NCBI GenBank assembly: GCA_030141605.1 | Contig: JAQGDQ010000058.1 | Span: 30,388 to 94,387 of the forward strand | DNA: 64,000 nucleotides | Source of the DNA: Tubiluchus corallicola | Taxonomy: Eukaryota; Animalia; Priapulida | Direction: 5' to 3' | Shown: piece after piece, positions 35,936-50,253 of the stretch | Layout of the letters: the number at the start of each line of letters is the position of its first letter | Position numbering within the stretch: the stretch's first letter is position 1 | Program-made: the position numbers and the translations under genes | The notes under the pieces: model-generated | What the model was told of the DNA's origin: nothing | The model's database searches: none | What the model saw: the letters and a program-made list of their open reading frames with translations, nothing else

Positions 35936-38286
35936 TTCTCACTCACTCACTCTTTCATTCTGTCTTCTCCCCGTCCAATTTTAAATGTTTTGCAAAACGA
36001 GACTAATAGAGATTTTCAATTTTAGCAATGGTTTATTTGACAAAAGGCAACACAAACAAATATTTACTCAGCTAACTAAAACAATTTGATTAACTACACA
36101 TTATTGTCATAAAGCTTTAGCTTATTATGATATTGTACAAGTCTATGTCAGTTGAATAAACACTTTGTAGAACGAACATAACACAACAATTATTGTTATT
36201 AGTTGGTTATGCTCAATCAACTTGGTATACAAATCGAATCATACTTCTAAGTACATGCGAAAAATTAAACAATTCACAGTTATCACAAAAAGTGAACAGT
36301 AGGTCGATTATAAGCAATTTTACATGTAAATATAATTCTAGGTCTAATTAGTCAACCTATTCGAGTTAGCAGTTATCGTACTTGCAAAAACCAATAATAT
36401 TACAATTATTTTCAATTCACGGACTGTCATATCATGTTCCAAATTCACACAAACTGTACAAAATACAGGCTACAATAAAATAAAATTAAGAAGAGTTCAT
36501 CAAATTTATTTATTTATTTTTTTTTATAAAATAACTTAAGTAAAATTTAATTTCCGCGTAAAAGGGCCTTTGCCAATAAACGGCTAAGTAAGATATATTT
36601 TATTATTATTTCAAAGCTTCGTCATTTGTAAACAACTTGCGTTAGCTACAAAATGTGCTCGTTGCACCGGTTTGGTAGAATAAAAGTGGGTATTAAATTA
36701 AGCAACAATAACTGTCTTAACAGATCTTAGCAGAATCTTAACAATACTAGATCACTCAGTGGGTTCTCATAAAATCCGTGATGGTCGCGGATAAAAAGTG
36801 CTTGAACCAGATGCTATTATGTGAAGAGAATCTGTAACGAACTGTGACTTTACAGAGAGAGTAACTGACACAATTTGGCTTTCTGGAATTCCCACCGGCA
36901 CACGTTTTCCCTCATCACTGCCAACTAAGTAAAAAGGATTTTGTCAGAGAGCATCGCGCATTTATAGGCTGAGCTCTCAAAAGCAAGAGTCAAACGCGAT
37001 TACAGTCGTAAGAAATGCGTGTAATATAAACGTCAAATATAATTTTTAGCACCTCGAACAAATTCGATGCTATTGCACCATGTAATGTATTCCACTGAAC
37101 ACATATCACTAGAGGAGAATTCAAAGACTGAGTTATCCTAAATGGATTTATTTTAGTAACATTCAACTCGTTTTAAGGCAAACTGCAACAAACTTGTGTT
37201 TTGGTTTTTTGCCGATAGATGGTGCAACGTGCCGTTTCATTTTTGACTTCGGCTATAAAGTTAATCCGAGATTGACTATTATATGAGCTTAATCGAAGCC
37301 CTGTTGGGCGTGAAAAATCAAACTTAATCAACAGAGTAGCAACTTGCTCTTAATAATTTAATATACATTGAAATAAATAGCGATTGTTTTCTTACAAAAT
37401 CAACAAATTTAATAAATTTATTTTGGTTATGTTTACAAAATTCAGTGTCATCATTTGGGCTGCCATTGCACTAATTAATAGAACTTAAAACCGACGAACT
37501 ACATCAGAGCAATCGGAAATCATACCAGTTGTTCCAAATAATTGAATATTGTTTGAACAATAATGTTTCGAAAAAAAAGTTTGAATGCGCGTTATAAAAC
37601 AATTGTACAGTATGACCCCAACCTATGCGCTATAGTTATTGCTGCTCCTGCCTATGGCTGAAACTTAATAAACAGTACACATTCGAAGAAAGTGTCAAAA
37701 AAATAAAATATGAGAGTAGGAAACAAAAACGATTAGAAGTATAGGTAGTTTTTTAGTAGCATTAGGTTAATTTATGATTATGCAAATTAATGGAGTTGAT
37801 CTTAATCAGAAGAATTAAACCTATAATACCAATAGCAAAAAAATGTATCGGCTTTGGTAATAAATCATTCAAACGTTATCTGTACTAAACACGTTTGTAA
37901 ACTTTGAAACCTGACAGTTTTTTACATATTATGTAAATCCTTTAAAAAACCCTTTTTAACAGTGTAGGTCACTACAAAAAATTCAAAGACCCGTATATTA
38001 GATTACTTGTTAAATATTCACTCGGATACAACACTAGCATTAGAAAACGAATTTATATGTAGATTAGAACAAAAACCGAGCTTCTCATTACAGCAGCTGG
38101 AAGCATGTGATTTATAGGTCAGTAACAAAAGTCGTGCGCTTCAACTTTGTCCAGATACGAAGTACTACAACTAAATTAACACATATAGTTAATAATTTAA
38201 TACAATATTATAACTATTAGGGTGAAAACTCTGCGGTCATTTATCGCCATTTATAATGTACAGTCACGCTACTATGAATTCAGTAT

Positions 38287-38577
38287 TTACACGTGCGTAG
38301 ACATCGTTCTCGTGTAGTAACTTCTGTAATCATCCTCCTTCCTACACATCAGCAAGTGCTTGAAAGCTCGTCGAAACTTGACGGACATGGCGTTGTAGAG
38401 GATCGGATTAATGGCACTGTTCGTGTAGACCATCATCTTGGCGAACAGAAAGTACCAATGATTCATGAAGGCCGCCATGTTGGCTAGCATGCGGAAAGAG
38501 TTATAGACGACGATGAAGCGGTAAGGGACCCACAGAACGGCGAACATGACAACCACAACTATCAACATCTTCACTAC
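38287..38577 (-). CDS. TRHR: TRH receptor-like GPCR, exon encoding TM6-TM7 and C-tail
   Basis: ccgtttcag|VVKMLIVVVVMFAVLWVPYRFIVVYNSF...YTNSAINPILYNAMSVKFRRAFKHLLMC...TMSTHV*; WxPYR and NPxxY motifs; phase 0 matches the upstream exon. Confidence 0.92.
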   Translation of the reverse strand, partial: VVKMLIVVVVMFAVLWVPYRFIVVYNSFRMLANMAAFMNHWYFLFAKMMVYTNSAINPILYNAMSVKFRRAFKHLLMCRKEDDYRSYYTRTMSTHV

Positions 38578-40294
38578 CTGAAACGGAACACAACAAATTT
38601 AAAAACGGGACTAGTGCATTGATTTAGGCAAAGTCAATAACTTTACAGCTTTTTCAGTGCTTACCGATCTAGGCAGAGTCGACTTCAACACTTACAAACC
38701 CGAAAAAATTCATTTATAGAGGAGCCTTCTAGCTCTCTAGCTCCAGGAAACTAATTGCCTCAAAAATGAAAAACACTTGCAATTTTACCAGTCTATCAGA
38801 TGATTTAACTATTTGGGATAAATGAATACTAAGAAACTTACGAAGCAGCAAAACAGAGTCTAAGAGAAAATGGGCCAACGTACTGGAAACAAATGCTGTT
38901 TGGAATTAGTTCAGTTTATGGCTAAAGAAAAGTTAGTATTTCCTGCAATATTACATGATTTAGGGCTATCTCTACATTCGCGTTACGGCGAGCAGGCTAA
39001 TATCTGAAAAGAAAATCCCCCCCCACACACACAGCAAATTTAATTACTGCAAAACGAAGTCATTGATGAAGTGCGCATTGGCTAACAGGCTACAAACTGT
39101 AGTAGACACTGCCTTGAAAAAATGCCTAAATGTTGCGGCAAGCCAGATTGTTGTGCCCTAGAAATAGTCCTAACACATGTAATATTGTATGATTGCAGTT
39201 TTCAGGAACAATATTATTTGACTACCATGAATTTTCGTTTAGAAATTTCTCGAGGTGGTTGCAGCTTTAACTAACCACTCGTAAAATAATGGTCAACCCA
39301 CTTTACGTACAAAATCGATGCTTTTGCATGTTGCCTTCTTATAAATCTCGCGTAAGTTTTATTTATTTTACGTGCTGACGGCAACTGACGAGTTAACGCC
39401 ACAACACGTCAACAGTATTTTCAGCTTTAGATTTAGAGGTATAATCCCACGAATTTATTAAGTTTTTATTGAAAATTTATAACACAATATATGTAGTTAG
39501 TAAAATCTTAAAATACTGTACCGCATATATAATTATATAGGTTTAATTCGAAAATTATCATCTAACGATCAGTCGTCGCCACAGTTAGCAAATGTGTAGT
39601 AAATTCAAGCTTGAGAATTGTGTAAGGATCAGAAATGAGCCTAGTTTTCAACTAGAGCATTTCGGGTACAATTCTAACGTCTAACGACTCTAACCCATTA
39701 CACATGTGATTACAATAAGTACTTATCTCAATCTTAATATAGCATGCCAATCTATGCAGCTTTTCAAGTGATATTTACTAAATTTCCGTTTAATTCAAAA
39801 AGAACATGTATAAACTGGACCGGCACGTGTTAAATCTACCCAGCTAGTTAAGTACTTTAAATTAAAGTAAGGCCAAGACTTCTAGGAACTCTGGCTTATT
39901 TTAATGTTCGGGAAAAATGTTAGAAGGATTTAGTAATAAAAGTGTGATAAGCGCCTTGTGTAATTAAAAAAATCACTTTAAAGTCGCGATTATTTCACGG
40001 TTTGGCGTTCCATTTTTGAACGCCAATTCTTGACGCACTAATGACGTCGTTTATCGACTGAAAAAAAGTAGCGCACTGACAATTTACGAAAAGAGTATAA
40101 TAAGTTTTTATAAGAAATTAGATAGCTAATTTTGTTGTATTTTTGGATAAACATTAGGTAAACTTCAGAAATTTGAATCAATTAAAGCAACATGCACATA
40201 GAAAAGCCACTATGCGCTTGAGAAAAACGTTCACTAATTATGAAATATTTCCAAGAGAATGGCGTTTCCACCGCGTGTGAAAATTTATATACAG

Positions 40295-40489
40295 CAGTTG
40301 TATAAATTAACTTTATAGTTTATAGACAGTTTTTTGCAAATCTCTTTGTTATATTTTTCTAAGTTTAAGTGATTGTACATACATGTAAACATACAGTTGT
40401 ATAAATTAACTTTATACTTTATAGACAGTTTTTTGCAAATCTCTTTGTTATATTTTTCTAAGTTTAAGTGATTGTACATACATGTAAAC
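40295..40489. repeat. Near-perfect 99-bp tandem duplication in the TRHR intron
   Basis: CAGTTGTATAAATTAAC...CATACATGTAAAC at 40295 and 40394. Confidence 0.92.
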
Positions 40490-41213
40490 CCAACATGCTA
40501 AGTGACTTGTCCTGTGCTGTGAAAATTCTGTACTGCGAAAGTTTCACAATCTTTCAGAACAAATATTAAAGTCTAGGAAAATTTGTGTGTTTTGAAATAA
40601 GAACAGTGTGATGGACGAATGAAGAAACAGAAAATGAGCGAAACAAAAAATAATCGACCGATCGAATGAACTTATTCTAGGTGCCAAAAACAGATGAAAA
40701 TTGTTAAAATCTGTAAGGTTCTCTTACTTCTAGTTGTTTATCGTCTACCCTGTTACCACATTTGGTGATATAGGATACTTTGAAGGCCAGCTCAAACCTC
40801 GCACCATGACACTTAGATATCATTTTTTGGTCTTTCTGCTGCGGTAGGTGCTCGACAGTATCAACATTCTTGTAGACTTTTTAATTTGTAGGAAAAACTG
40901 ATAAATTTTCCGAAGTTTTGCCCTCTTTAACTTTCGGATTACCTTTAATTTCAAAATTAGAAAACACCTTTCAACCCGTTTCCTAGAATGTAGATTTTCC
41001 TTTTATATGTTCCGGCAGCAATAAAATACTAAATTACGGTAGCAAAACCTTTATTATTTGTCAGGGATTCCAAAACCAGTAAGTACAGAGAATTTCTTTT
41101 GTAATTTTTGGTCAAATTTGAGCACTCCGAAGGCCATCCCACCCAGCAGCGCAAATTACTAGACAAAATAACTGTGGTTTTGAAATATTAACATTTCTGT
41201 GAATAAGTGAATC

Positions 41214-41388
41214 CAGGTAAAAAAGTCACAGACAAAAAGTCACAGGAAAAAGAAATACCCCTAATTCAACCATAACCCCAATCCTAACCATAAATCTAAC
41301 CAAAATTAATTGTGCCTTTTTAATTTTTTTTTCATAGCCAAAATTGCAACTTTTTTCCGTAACTTTTTTCCTATGACTTTGTCACAGG
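41214..41388. mobile_element. Small fold-back / MITE-like element
   Basis: AAAAAGTCACAG x2 at left, degenerate (CCTAAC/CATAAC)n core, inverse GTAACTTTTT / TGACTTT motifs at right. Confidence 0.45.
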
Positions 41389-43212
41389 TCGCCGAAAATT
41401 TTTTCGTCTTTATCATTTGTGCGCGGAGCTGGATCGAAAACTACATGTCGAAAACAATTTCGACGCACTCATGTCCCGCACAGGCGCATTTGTGCGCGAC
41501 GCAGCATACATATGTGGAATGTGACGAGCGTGTCACTCAAGTGGATTAATTTATGTATTAAATTCATTACGGAAAAGTACAAAAAATAACAAGTAATATT
41601 ATTTGCCTGCCTTTTGCGGTACAAAATCCCTGCGTGTTAAATATACCTTCTCACGAATAGTTTTCGGAGTTGTTTTTGAAATTATTGGGAATTTTATGAA
41701 CAAACTAAGATGAATTTACGTTATTAAAGGCTAGAAAATTACACTGATTTTTTTTCTTCAAAATTAAGAATAGATACCAAATGCAACCATATTGTGGTGC
41801 AACCACTATGCAGTGTACAACAACTATCTGGTTGCAACCACTGTCAGGTACCAACACTATTTGGTGCAAACGTTGTTTGGTGGGACACTGTTATAGAGCA
41901 TAGCAACCGTCGGACGACCAATGGTGTAACCCACCAATAGCCTTTGGTCAGAGGTCATACGACATAATACATCTTGTGTAGGAAAATTTCTCCCGCAACA
42001 TAATATAATTACAGACATTTTGCCTGATGACACCAGCTGACCTTATGCTAAACTTAGTGTCTGAAAAACTTTTGATTGTTGTATTCAAAGTTCAAACCAT
42101 TTTAGCGTAAAACCTTTTACTGCTATTAACCAAAAACCATATATTCAGATATTGACTCGTGTCACGTGACCCTGCCAGATTTATCTTTGAAAAGGTTTGA
42201 CTCTCAGCTAGATTGTTGCAGGTTGCTATTGCAAAAAGTTAGGCCCGAACTAAACTGACTGATATTCACAGACCGAGATCGAATACCACAGATTTCTAGG
42301 ACCTACATAAAATCATAAGTGGTCATCAAACCTGGGGAAACCAGTTTTCAGATTTTCCCCCTGTTTCAGGCTTTCCGCAACCATTTTTTTTTCTAATACA
42401 CATCTGTAGCACTCCAATTTCGCAATCGTGCAAGCAAGTGTCAACTCGCATCTAGGCTATATGAGCTTAGTCTAAAAACGTCTTCAATCCTTTTGGTCCA
42501 AGCTTAAAAGTCGTTACTCTAGAGTCAAGGGTACTTTTCAGTTATGTTACTCTGCTTCGTGTCTTCTCTGTAGTTTTGTGATTATCTTAGTTATCTAAGT
42601 AAATAGTTAAGCAAAGTAGACGAACGAATGAACGAATTGTAGCAGGAACATCTTCTCTAACGTACGTAACATATGTATGACGTCACACGGGTATTTAAAG
42701 TCAGTCACACATCCAGTCAGGTGGTGGCTGCAGAACTCCTCATCTTCGTTGTTGATGCTTGTACGCTATGAACATGCTTGAACATAATACGTTATTACGC
42801 AAACAAACAAACAAACTAACTAACAAAACGCATCACAAAGAATACTAAAGGAAAAATCCTAAGCAGCAATAATAATCCAGGTATAAACTTCTTTTCCAAT
42901 TCTTTCAAAGAGCATGGCCGCAAAAGTGCTAAATACGTTTACCGTGTCGACGAACTAGAAAATTGTATTGATCAAATCACGCTTTTAGTGCCAGCTATAC
43001 TGAATGCAAGAAACTGAAGCACATAATGTAAAGTAGAACACGTCAACTGAATGAGAATAGTATAGCCGACATGCCGTATAAACGTTCACACATTAAATTT
43101 AAGTAACAGAACTAAATATTTTAAAATTCGGCAAGAATTGTTGTTCACGCAAATCTTTACCTCACTGGTAATAACTTTCGTGGGTATAACTTAATGTCAA
43201 ATCCTTTTTGGG

Positions 43213-43475
43213 GCAGCAGCAACAATAACAATTATAAACGGTATCAATGGTATAATAATTACAAACGAGAAATAGCAATAACAGCAGGAACAGCAAAAAC
43301 AGCAGCAGCAGAAACAGTAACAACATCATCAATAACAACAAGGACAACGACCACGACAGCAACAGCAGCATCAGTAGGAGCAACAAAAACAACAATATTA
43401 GCACCAACAACACTACCACCACCACCCGTAGTAATAGCAAAAACAAAAGTAGATGACAATTATAACAACAGCTGT
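43213..43475. repeat. Degenerate (CAA/CAG/ACC)n trinucleotide tract in the TRHR intron
   Basis: Direct reading; source of the poly-L, poly-T and poly-V pseudo-ORFs. Confidence 0.8.
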
Positions 43476-43737
43476 AATTAGAGTTGTCATTATCAGAAAC
43501 AATGAATGGTATAGTGGATAGGTTTTCCAAGGCAATATGTTAGGTTTGTTTTGTAAAACACGTTCACGAGAAAGGTGGGGCGTTTCAAACTCATTTAGAG
43601 GTCAGGCACAATGCCAACTGCACCCAAAAGCTTTCTGTTCAGAATTGTGAAAACAATGACATTGACAAGAATGATAACAATGATAAGAAATAACAATAAC
43701 AAGACGCGTTGTTACGTGTAGATAGTCTAATACGTAC

Positions 43738-44556
43738 TTGTGCTCTTGAGCTTGTACCAGAGCTCTTTTTTGAATCGCTAGCGTTTCCATTTGGGCTTTT
43801 GCCCGGAGTTCTTCTTATTGTCGTGGAGAACAATATCTTACAGATGAGTCCATATAAGATACAGGACAACAGCAAAGGTATGCAGTAAAACATAACAAAA
43901 TCACCTAGATAAATAAATGTGTACTGAACGCGTTCTAATTTGAAAGCGCAGGACACCTTCCCGTGGTGGAACTCTTTTGTGTGCGTCAAGAAAAGCCACG
44001 GCGAGCAGTAGGCTATGGCAAATATCCACAGACACGCGATGATTATCCTGGCACGTTCCATTGTACACATTACTTGAGCCTTCATCGGATGACATATGGC
44101 TATGTATCGCTCAATGGTAAATGCCGTGATAGACAAGGAGGACACGTTGATGCCCAGATACTGCAGAAACACAAGCAAGGAACATCCAACGCGTCCAAAC
44201 ACCCATTCGTCCATGACTAGGTAATATCCTATAACTGCCGCAGGTACAGCGGCCACTAAGACTAGACAGTCGGCAATGGCTAGACTTACTAGATAGCAAT
44301 TTGTAGGGGAGTGCATGCTTTTAGTCCTTTTAACGACCACCACCACCATCACATTGCCAATGACCCCCACAAAGAATATGCTGCACGCGAACACTGTGCC
44401 GATGATTCGATAGTTTGTAGTGTAATATTGCAAAGGTCCTGCTGCTTCGCCGTCGTCCGTTACATTGTCCTCAAGTTGATTAATAGGAGATGTCGCATTT
44501 CTCAGGTTATTTAAATCTAAAAAAGAGGTCGTTGTGGTGTAGTCAACGGATGTCAT
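43738..44556 (-). CDS. TRHR: TRH receptor-like GPCR, exon encoding N-terminus to ICL3
   Basis: Acceptor ttttccag| at 44564-44565, ATG at 44556 (MTSVDY..). Contains PTNCYLVSLAIAD, LQYLGINVSSLSITAFTIERYIAICHPMKAQVMCT and YCSPWLFL, which are TRH-receptor signatures. Donor ..SSRAQ|gtacgt at 43737. Spliced product 369 aa. Confidence 0.93.
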
Positions 44557-45928
44557 ATTAAACCTGGAAAAGAGAAGAATAATGTTACGTATATCAGACA
44601 AGTTTCATCTAAAATTATAGTAAGACAGTATTTAATATTTGCTATTTGAACATTTAGAGCAAGATAGCTCTCTATCCTATCAGTCGGTAATATATATTTT
44701 TCATCTAGATTCGATTGTTTAGGAGACATAACTGATTTTAGGCCCCAGTAGGCGCCATCTTGGATTTTTGTGTATAGCTCAAAAGTACCAAACCCGATTT
44801 TGACCGATCTTTTGTTGAGGGTATCTGACACCATGTTCTAACAGACTTATCTTTACCTTACTATATTAGAATATAGAATTTCATGAAATGAGTTTCAAAT
44901 ACGTCATAAGCAAAATGACTAATATGTCTCAAATTCCTCAGTTGCAACAGAAAACATGCCATTTCCAATTCTCATACAACAGCATGAGTACCATCTACAG
45001 TATCAAAATATCCTTTCAGTTGAAACAGTTTCCAAAACTTAAATTGTCGTTAGGCCTACATACTCAACATACGGGTAATGCCGTGTCGCGCCCAAAATAC
45101 AAGTTCACAAAGCAGCCATTGTAATGCTAGCATGATTTACGTCAGTAAAGTGAAGCTTGCTTCTGATAGGTCTGAGAGCCCTGCTTTAATTGAAACTTTA
45201 TTATTTCATTAAGACTACATGACCTTTCACGGTCATTTTAAAGTCAAAGTGACAGAAACGTGTGATAGATTGAAGCATGTTAAACATAGGCCATTCATTC
45301 TACTTATAAAATTTATCATTAGCTGAAAGTTAGTCTCATCAAAAGTTTTCAAAAAGATGAAATATGAGCGTTCATCAGAGGTTGCTTTGTAAGAAATTTA
45401 TAATCCAGAAACCCGCAACTTTTGCGATCAAATTTATTCAAGTGAACTCCAAAGCAGTTGCTTTGATAAGACGGAGCTTTAAATGTTATCTAAAGCAAAG
45501 GAACATCCTGTAAAGTCCAAAAAATAACTCTGATAAATAACATAATTACAACACAAAGCTTAAATCGAAACAATAAACTGCTGCTAACAGTCGATGTTTT
45601 GACGATATTTAGAAGTTTAATTACAGTGGTTTGACAACAAATGTTTGTAATGGAGTTAGTTGATATTGGTCAACTTTATACTGCTATCCTCACGAGAAAG
45701 AGAATTCGTGTATGTACTTAATTTGATTTTGACAGTGTTCTATGGCGACGGTTTAGATTTTGTTTAGATTTTGGTGTCATCTAACTTTATTATTTTTTGT
45801 TTTCACTTATACTGTTTTCATTTATACTTTGTTTTCATTTATACTGTTTATTATTATTATTTCTTTTCCTATTTGATTTTGTTATCCGCAGTCTCACCAT
45901 TTACTTTTAATATACTAATTTAATTATT

Positions 45929-46078
45929 ACACAGGGCAGGAGACTAGATGACCCTATGGTCCTTCCCTGCCCTGCTCCACTACTATAATTAAGTAATAAC
46001 TAAAAAAACTTGTCATGTCAAACAAATGGAGAAAATAAATGTTCTATGTCTATGTCTATGTCTATGTCTATGTCTATG
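45929..46078 (+). mobile_element. LINE (CR1/L2-like) 3' terminus with microsatellite tail
   Basis: Stem-loop CAGGGCAGGAGACTAGATGACC..GGTCCTTCCCTGCCCTG, then AATAAA followed directly by (TCTATG)6. Confidence 0.55.
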
Positions 46079-49000
46079 ACGGTGACTTAACTGTCCACCG
46101 AGTTGCTAATTTTTGGCGTCTCTGTGACATCGGATATTGAACCGGTGAGTCTCCGACATCGATATAGGATTATAATAATGGTGGGGATGAAGACGTGGGA
46201 GAAGAGGAGGGGAATGTATACTGTATAAAAAGACTTGCGCATTTGAAACCAGCAGTAACTCATTTGTTCAGTAATAATTGTTTAATGCAAAAAATAGAAA
46301 ATAAATCAATAAAAATTATTGACGTTTCAGTGTTCGATGACGAAATCGCTTTATAAACTTTTCAATTTTTGATATTACTATACGGCAAGCCAGTGGAATG
46401 GAAAGATTAATTCTAACACTATCCTACAAAACTTCCTGGTTTGGTGTAATACGATCGTTTAAGAAAATCCCCTTTCCCGAATCAATTCTCATTTCTATGA
46501 GAAATGTAGAATAAATTCTTAAATTATCCTTATTCAGAATTTTCTTTCCCGGCTCCAATCCAATTAACTTCCTGCTTTCTCCCGCCTGCTCCCGGAGAAG
46601 TTCTACTGACGTACAAATTTAGTATGGTCATCTAGTCCAGCTTATGTGTGTAAGAAACTTTTGTTGAAGCAGTTCAAAATGTGGTAAGAGCTTGTTGTTC
46701 ATCTTGTAACGGTTATAATCTTATAACCGAACTAAATACTTACTGTTGAAATGATGGCAACGTTTTCCATGCGTCCTGCTAATTGCATTACTTCAATTAG
46801 TTATTTAATCACTAACACTTTTTATCAGGGGCGCATTATGGCGAAAGGTTGCAACTTTTATCTCAGCTGGGAGAGAGTCGTCCAAACAACTCTGATGATT
46901 GAAGTTTACTCTGATGGATACTCTGATGGTTGAAGTTTAGGCAGAGGAGAGAAACGATGTTACGACAAGAAATTAGATAGTGAAAAGTCTCAAAACTGCC
47001 ATGTACGGGTTATGTGACTTTTATGTTTTATCAAAACTGTGTTCGTTCTCCATGCTGACAAGAAAATTCTGTCCTTGACAGTGCATGTATACAGTACACT
47101 CGTTCTGGCACAGAAACGTTGAAGCCTATAGGAAAGCAACTGGTTGCAATGGAGCTGACAAAGGCAGAAAGATGGGCCTAGTTGCCGACACGCATTTATA
47201 AAGGTTCAACTTGAACAATCTTTCTCTTTGGCCTCAAAATTAATAAGGCGTAAGATATCCTTTTGCGAATGAATGTGAATGCATAATTTTGTAATAATCA
47301 GTAAATTTGAATAACCGGGTGCATATTCAGGTACATAAGTCACAAAATTTAATTGCATAGTTTGTGCTGATTGCTTGTGATTTTATCTATAATAGTTATT
47401 ATGCCGGTGATTGTACATCCGATTTTTTGTTGAGGGTACCTATGACCATGTTCTAACAGAAATCTGAAGAGAAAAATTGTATGGTAATTTGTTTTAAATA
47501 CTCCCTTACGAAGAGCTATCTTTAACCACCTAATCAGGCAAAAAATGAGTAATGAATAAGCGTAAATGTATGTTATGAATTTGTAATGTACCTTGCATAT
47601 TATATCGTTTGTCGAAAAGATAAAAAAGATAAGATAACATTTATTCTAAGTAAAAACCTATACCTGTTTACTGTAGATAGCTGTTTGTAATAATTCATTT
47701 CTTTTATTTTGTAAATAAAATATTGCAAACTGTGTTTTTTGCTGCCAACTGTGGTGAGTTTTAAAAACGTCTTATTGAAAAATGAACTGAATACACGTTT
47801 TAACACGTAGAGAATTAGCGACATATTTTAATATGTACTTTGCAGGGAATTACAATAACGTATATGAATTGCATAAGCAGAAGACATTGTTTTGCATTCT
47901 TGGTTCATGATCAAGGATTTAACAAAAAAAAAATCAAGAAAGTGTCTAGAGAACGTTGGCTGTCAATGACACTTTGAGAATTTTAGTTTGATAAAAAAGT
48001 TGGAGGACAAAAATCAATAACGTGTCAGCACCTGAACACTAATTTTTAGTATTATATAGATCGCCATTAAATACCTAATGGCCAAGGAAATTTGGTCAGT
48101 GTTCTCACTCCTCACTTCTAAGCATTTCTTCGTTTACTCTTGCACGCATGTGAACTTGTGTACAAACATTTTCTTTCAACTATTTGCATATAATACAGAA
48201 ATAAGTCACAGAGAATTTAAAATGTTTTTCCTTTTTCAAGGCACATATGACTGCTTTGGCACTATGATCTTCAAAATTCCTTAATAAATTCGTTTTCCAA
48301 ATACTTTATCACAGTCGCAGTCATCGAGGTATTTGTACAACTAATATTGTCACTTTTCCGTGACACTTTGCATATTAATCTACTTTACTAGTCAGATCAA
48401 TATTTGAGCGATCAATGGATTTGACGTACTTAAAATTAATTGCTGAAATAAATGGCCTTTGAATTAGGTGGCGGGCTTAGCCACATAAGCTTCTGCGACG
48501 ATAATGACATGGTTCGGCGCTATAATTAACCAAAGTCATTAGCTAAACATACATTTAATTTTACGCTAACAAATCCAAGCTAGCTTCATAAACCTTAGAC
48601 GATTTAGGACTGCAAAAATTGGAGGCTTCCTAGATTTTATGTGCATCATTGCATAAAAAGGCATCTATAGGGTTCTCTAATCAGCGACAATGACGGGAAG
48701 TTGACGTGGTTCCAGGGACCACGAATCCATTTAGGCCTGCAATCGGGTACCTGGGCAACCTGGTGAGCATTGGTAATAAATATACTTCAGGCTAATGAAC
48801 TGCTGAAAAACCACACACTCGAGCAACCATTACCTTGCGTGCTGTGCAGTAATCAATTATACTCGCATAATCGCACTTGATGATTTCGCTTCTGTATTTT
48901 AATGTAACTGATTGTTAATCAGGTCAGAGCTAACAAGTCATTTACTTTCAGTTCTGGTACCTGCGTGGCGCCTGATTCTCTGTTATTTTAATTTGCTTTC

Positions 49001-49421
49001 AAGAAAAATTCCGAATTCGTGTCTAATCAGATTTCATTTCATTTATCACTCTTCAGCAGCCTGATTATCCACGAAGCCAATTAAGTTAAATTTACCTCAT
49101 TTGATTCACTTGGTTTAGCTTCCTTTTATTTCATTTTATTTTATTTTCCTTGCTCTGATTTGATTGATTTGTTTTGCTTCGTTTTGATTTGCATTAGTTT
49201 GCTTTGGGTTGATTTGCTTTGCTATGCTTTGTTTTTATTTTATTTTGTTTTGTTTTATTTGATTGGCGTACTGCAAGCCGGTATTCAATAGCTGGGCCTG
49301 CTTATCACGCCGATGGTTGTAGCAGAGCCAGAACCTACCTCAGAATCAAAGATACCGAACCAACAGAGGGTTTTAGCCAAGGTTGGGCATGATATCCTCC
49401 ACCAATGAAATAAACTGATCA

Positions 49422-49555
49422 TACCAGTTATTGCAAATCAACAACTTATTTAAATAAATATTGAAGAAATGTGGTGATAATACACCTCTTGTCTTAACCT
49501 TTAGCAATGTTATAACCATCAGAAATAGTTCCATTTCAATCGAATCGAATCAATG
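49422..49555 (-). mobile_element. Non-LTR retrotransposon RT fragment
   Basis: Minus strand, with frameshifts: ..WNGTISDGYNIAKGLRQ-GVLSPHFFNIYLNKL, the RT motif GxRQGxxLSPxLFNxY. Confidence 0.65.
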
Positions 49556-50253
49556 CTATTTAGTAGCTTAAAAAACCCGCGGATTTCAAATTTATCTAAC
49601 TCCGAGTGTAATAGAAAGTTAAGGTTAGTTCTTAAACTGTCCAGCATGACTGGAGTGGTCTCAGATAAATCTGTCAATCTCAGAGAGAAAAATGTTGGAA
49701 TTGACAAGTTGAATAAAGAGCTGTTCGCTAAACCACGTATAGGGATTCCCTACAAAATGTTGCGCTAAACCAGTCCAGCTACGGTCGCATCAAAAATGGC
49801 CCAGTTACACTCAGCGATCTTGGGTGTCATTCCGTGCAAGTAAATTTTCCGAAAAGTTTAACTTTCCCGCGTACATGTAACCGTGATTTGATTCTCAAAT
49901 TTCCATGGTTTGTCACTTCCTCGAGGCAAAGCAAACACCGAGCTTTACCACTTACAAACTAAACACTGAACGGCTGCCTCATTCGCTGATTTAAAACCGT
50001 TTAAGTCGAAATCAATAAACTGATTTTAAATGCGAAAGAAAGGCAAACAAGCCAAACTGTTGTTAGGACGAGAAATTGAGACGTTCAGGGCGCTAGCGGA
50101 ACCGCCTATGTCTCAGAGTGATAAGGACGTATACAATGCATACACATGCATATGGTTTGCGTACGACGGACGTCGGATGACGATGGATGCGGCAAAGGGC
50201 CCAATTTCATCCGCCTCAAGCGCAAAACTACACTGGCTGATAGTTATTTACTA

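Noticed and set aside
42638-42800. Third solo LTR (TGTAGC start, CRE TGACGTCA, TATTTAAA)
   Set aside because: I could not find a matching CA end with a TSD.
43162-43530. Leu-rich, Thr-rich and Val-rich ORFs
   Set aside because: Translations of a degenerate trinucleotide tract in the TRHR intron.
44557-44601. N-terminal extension of the GPCR ORF (MSDIRNIILLFSRFN)
   Set aside because: It crosses the acceptor at 44564-44565, so it is intronic.
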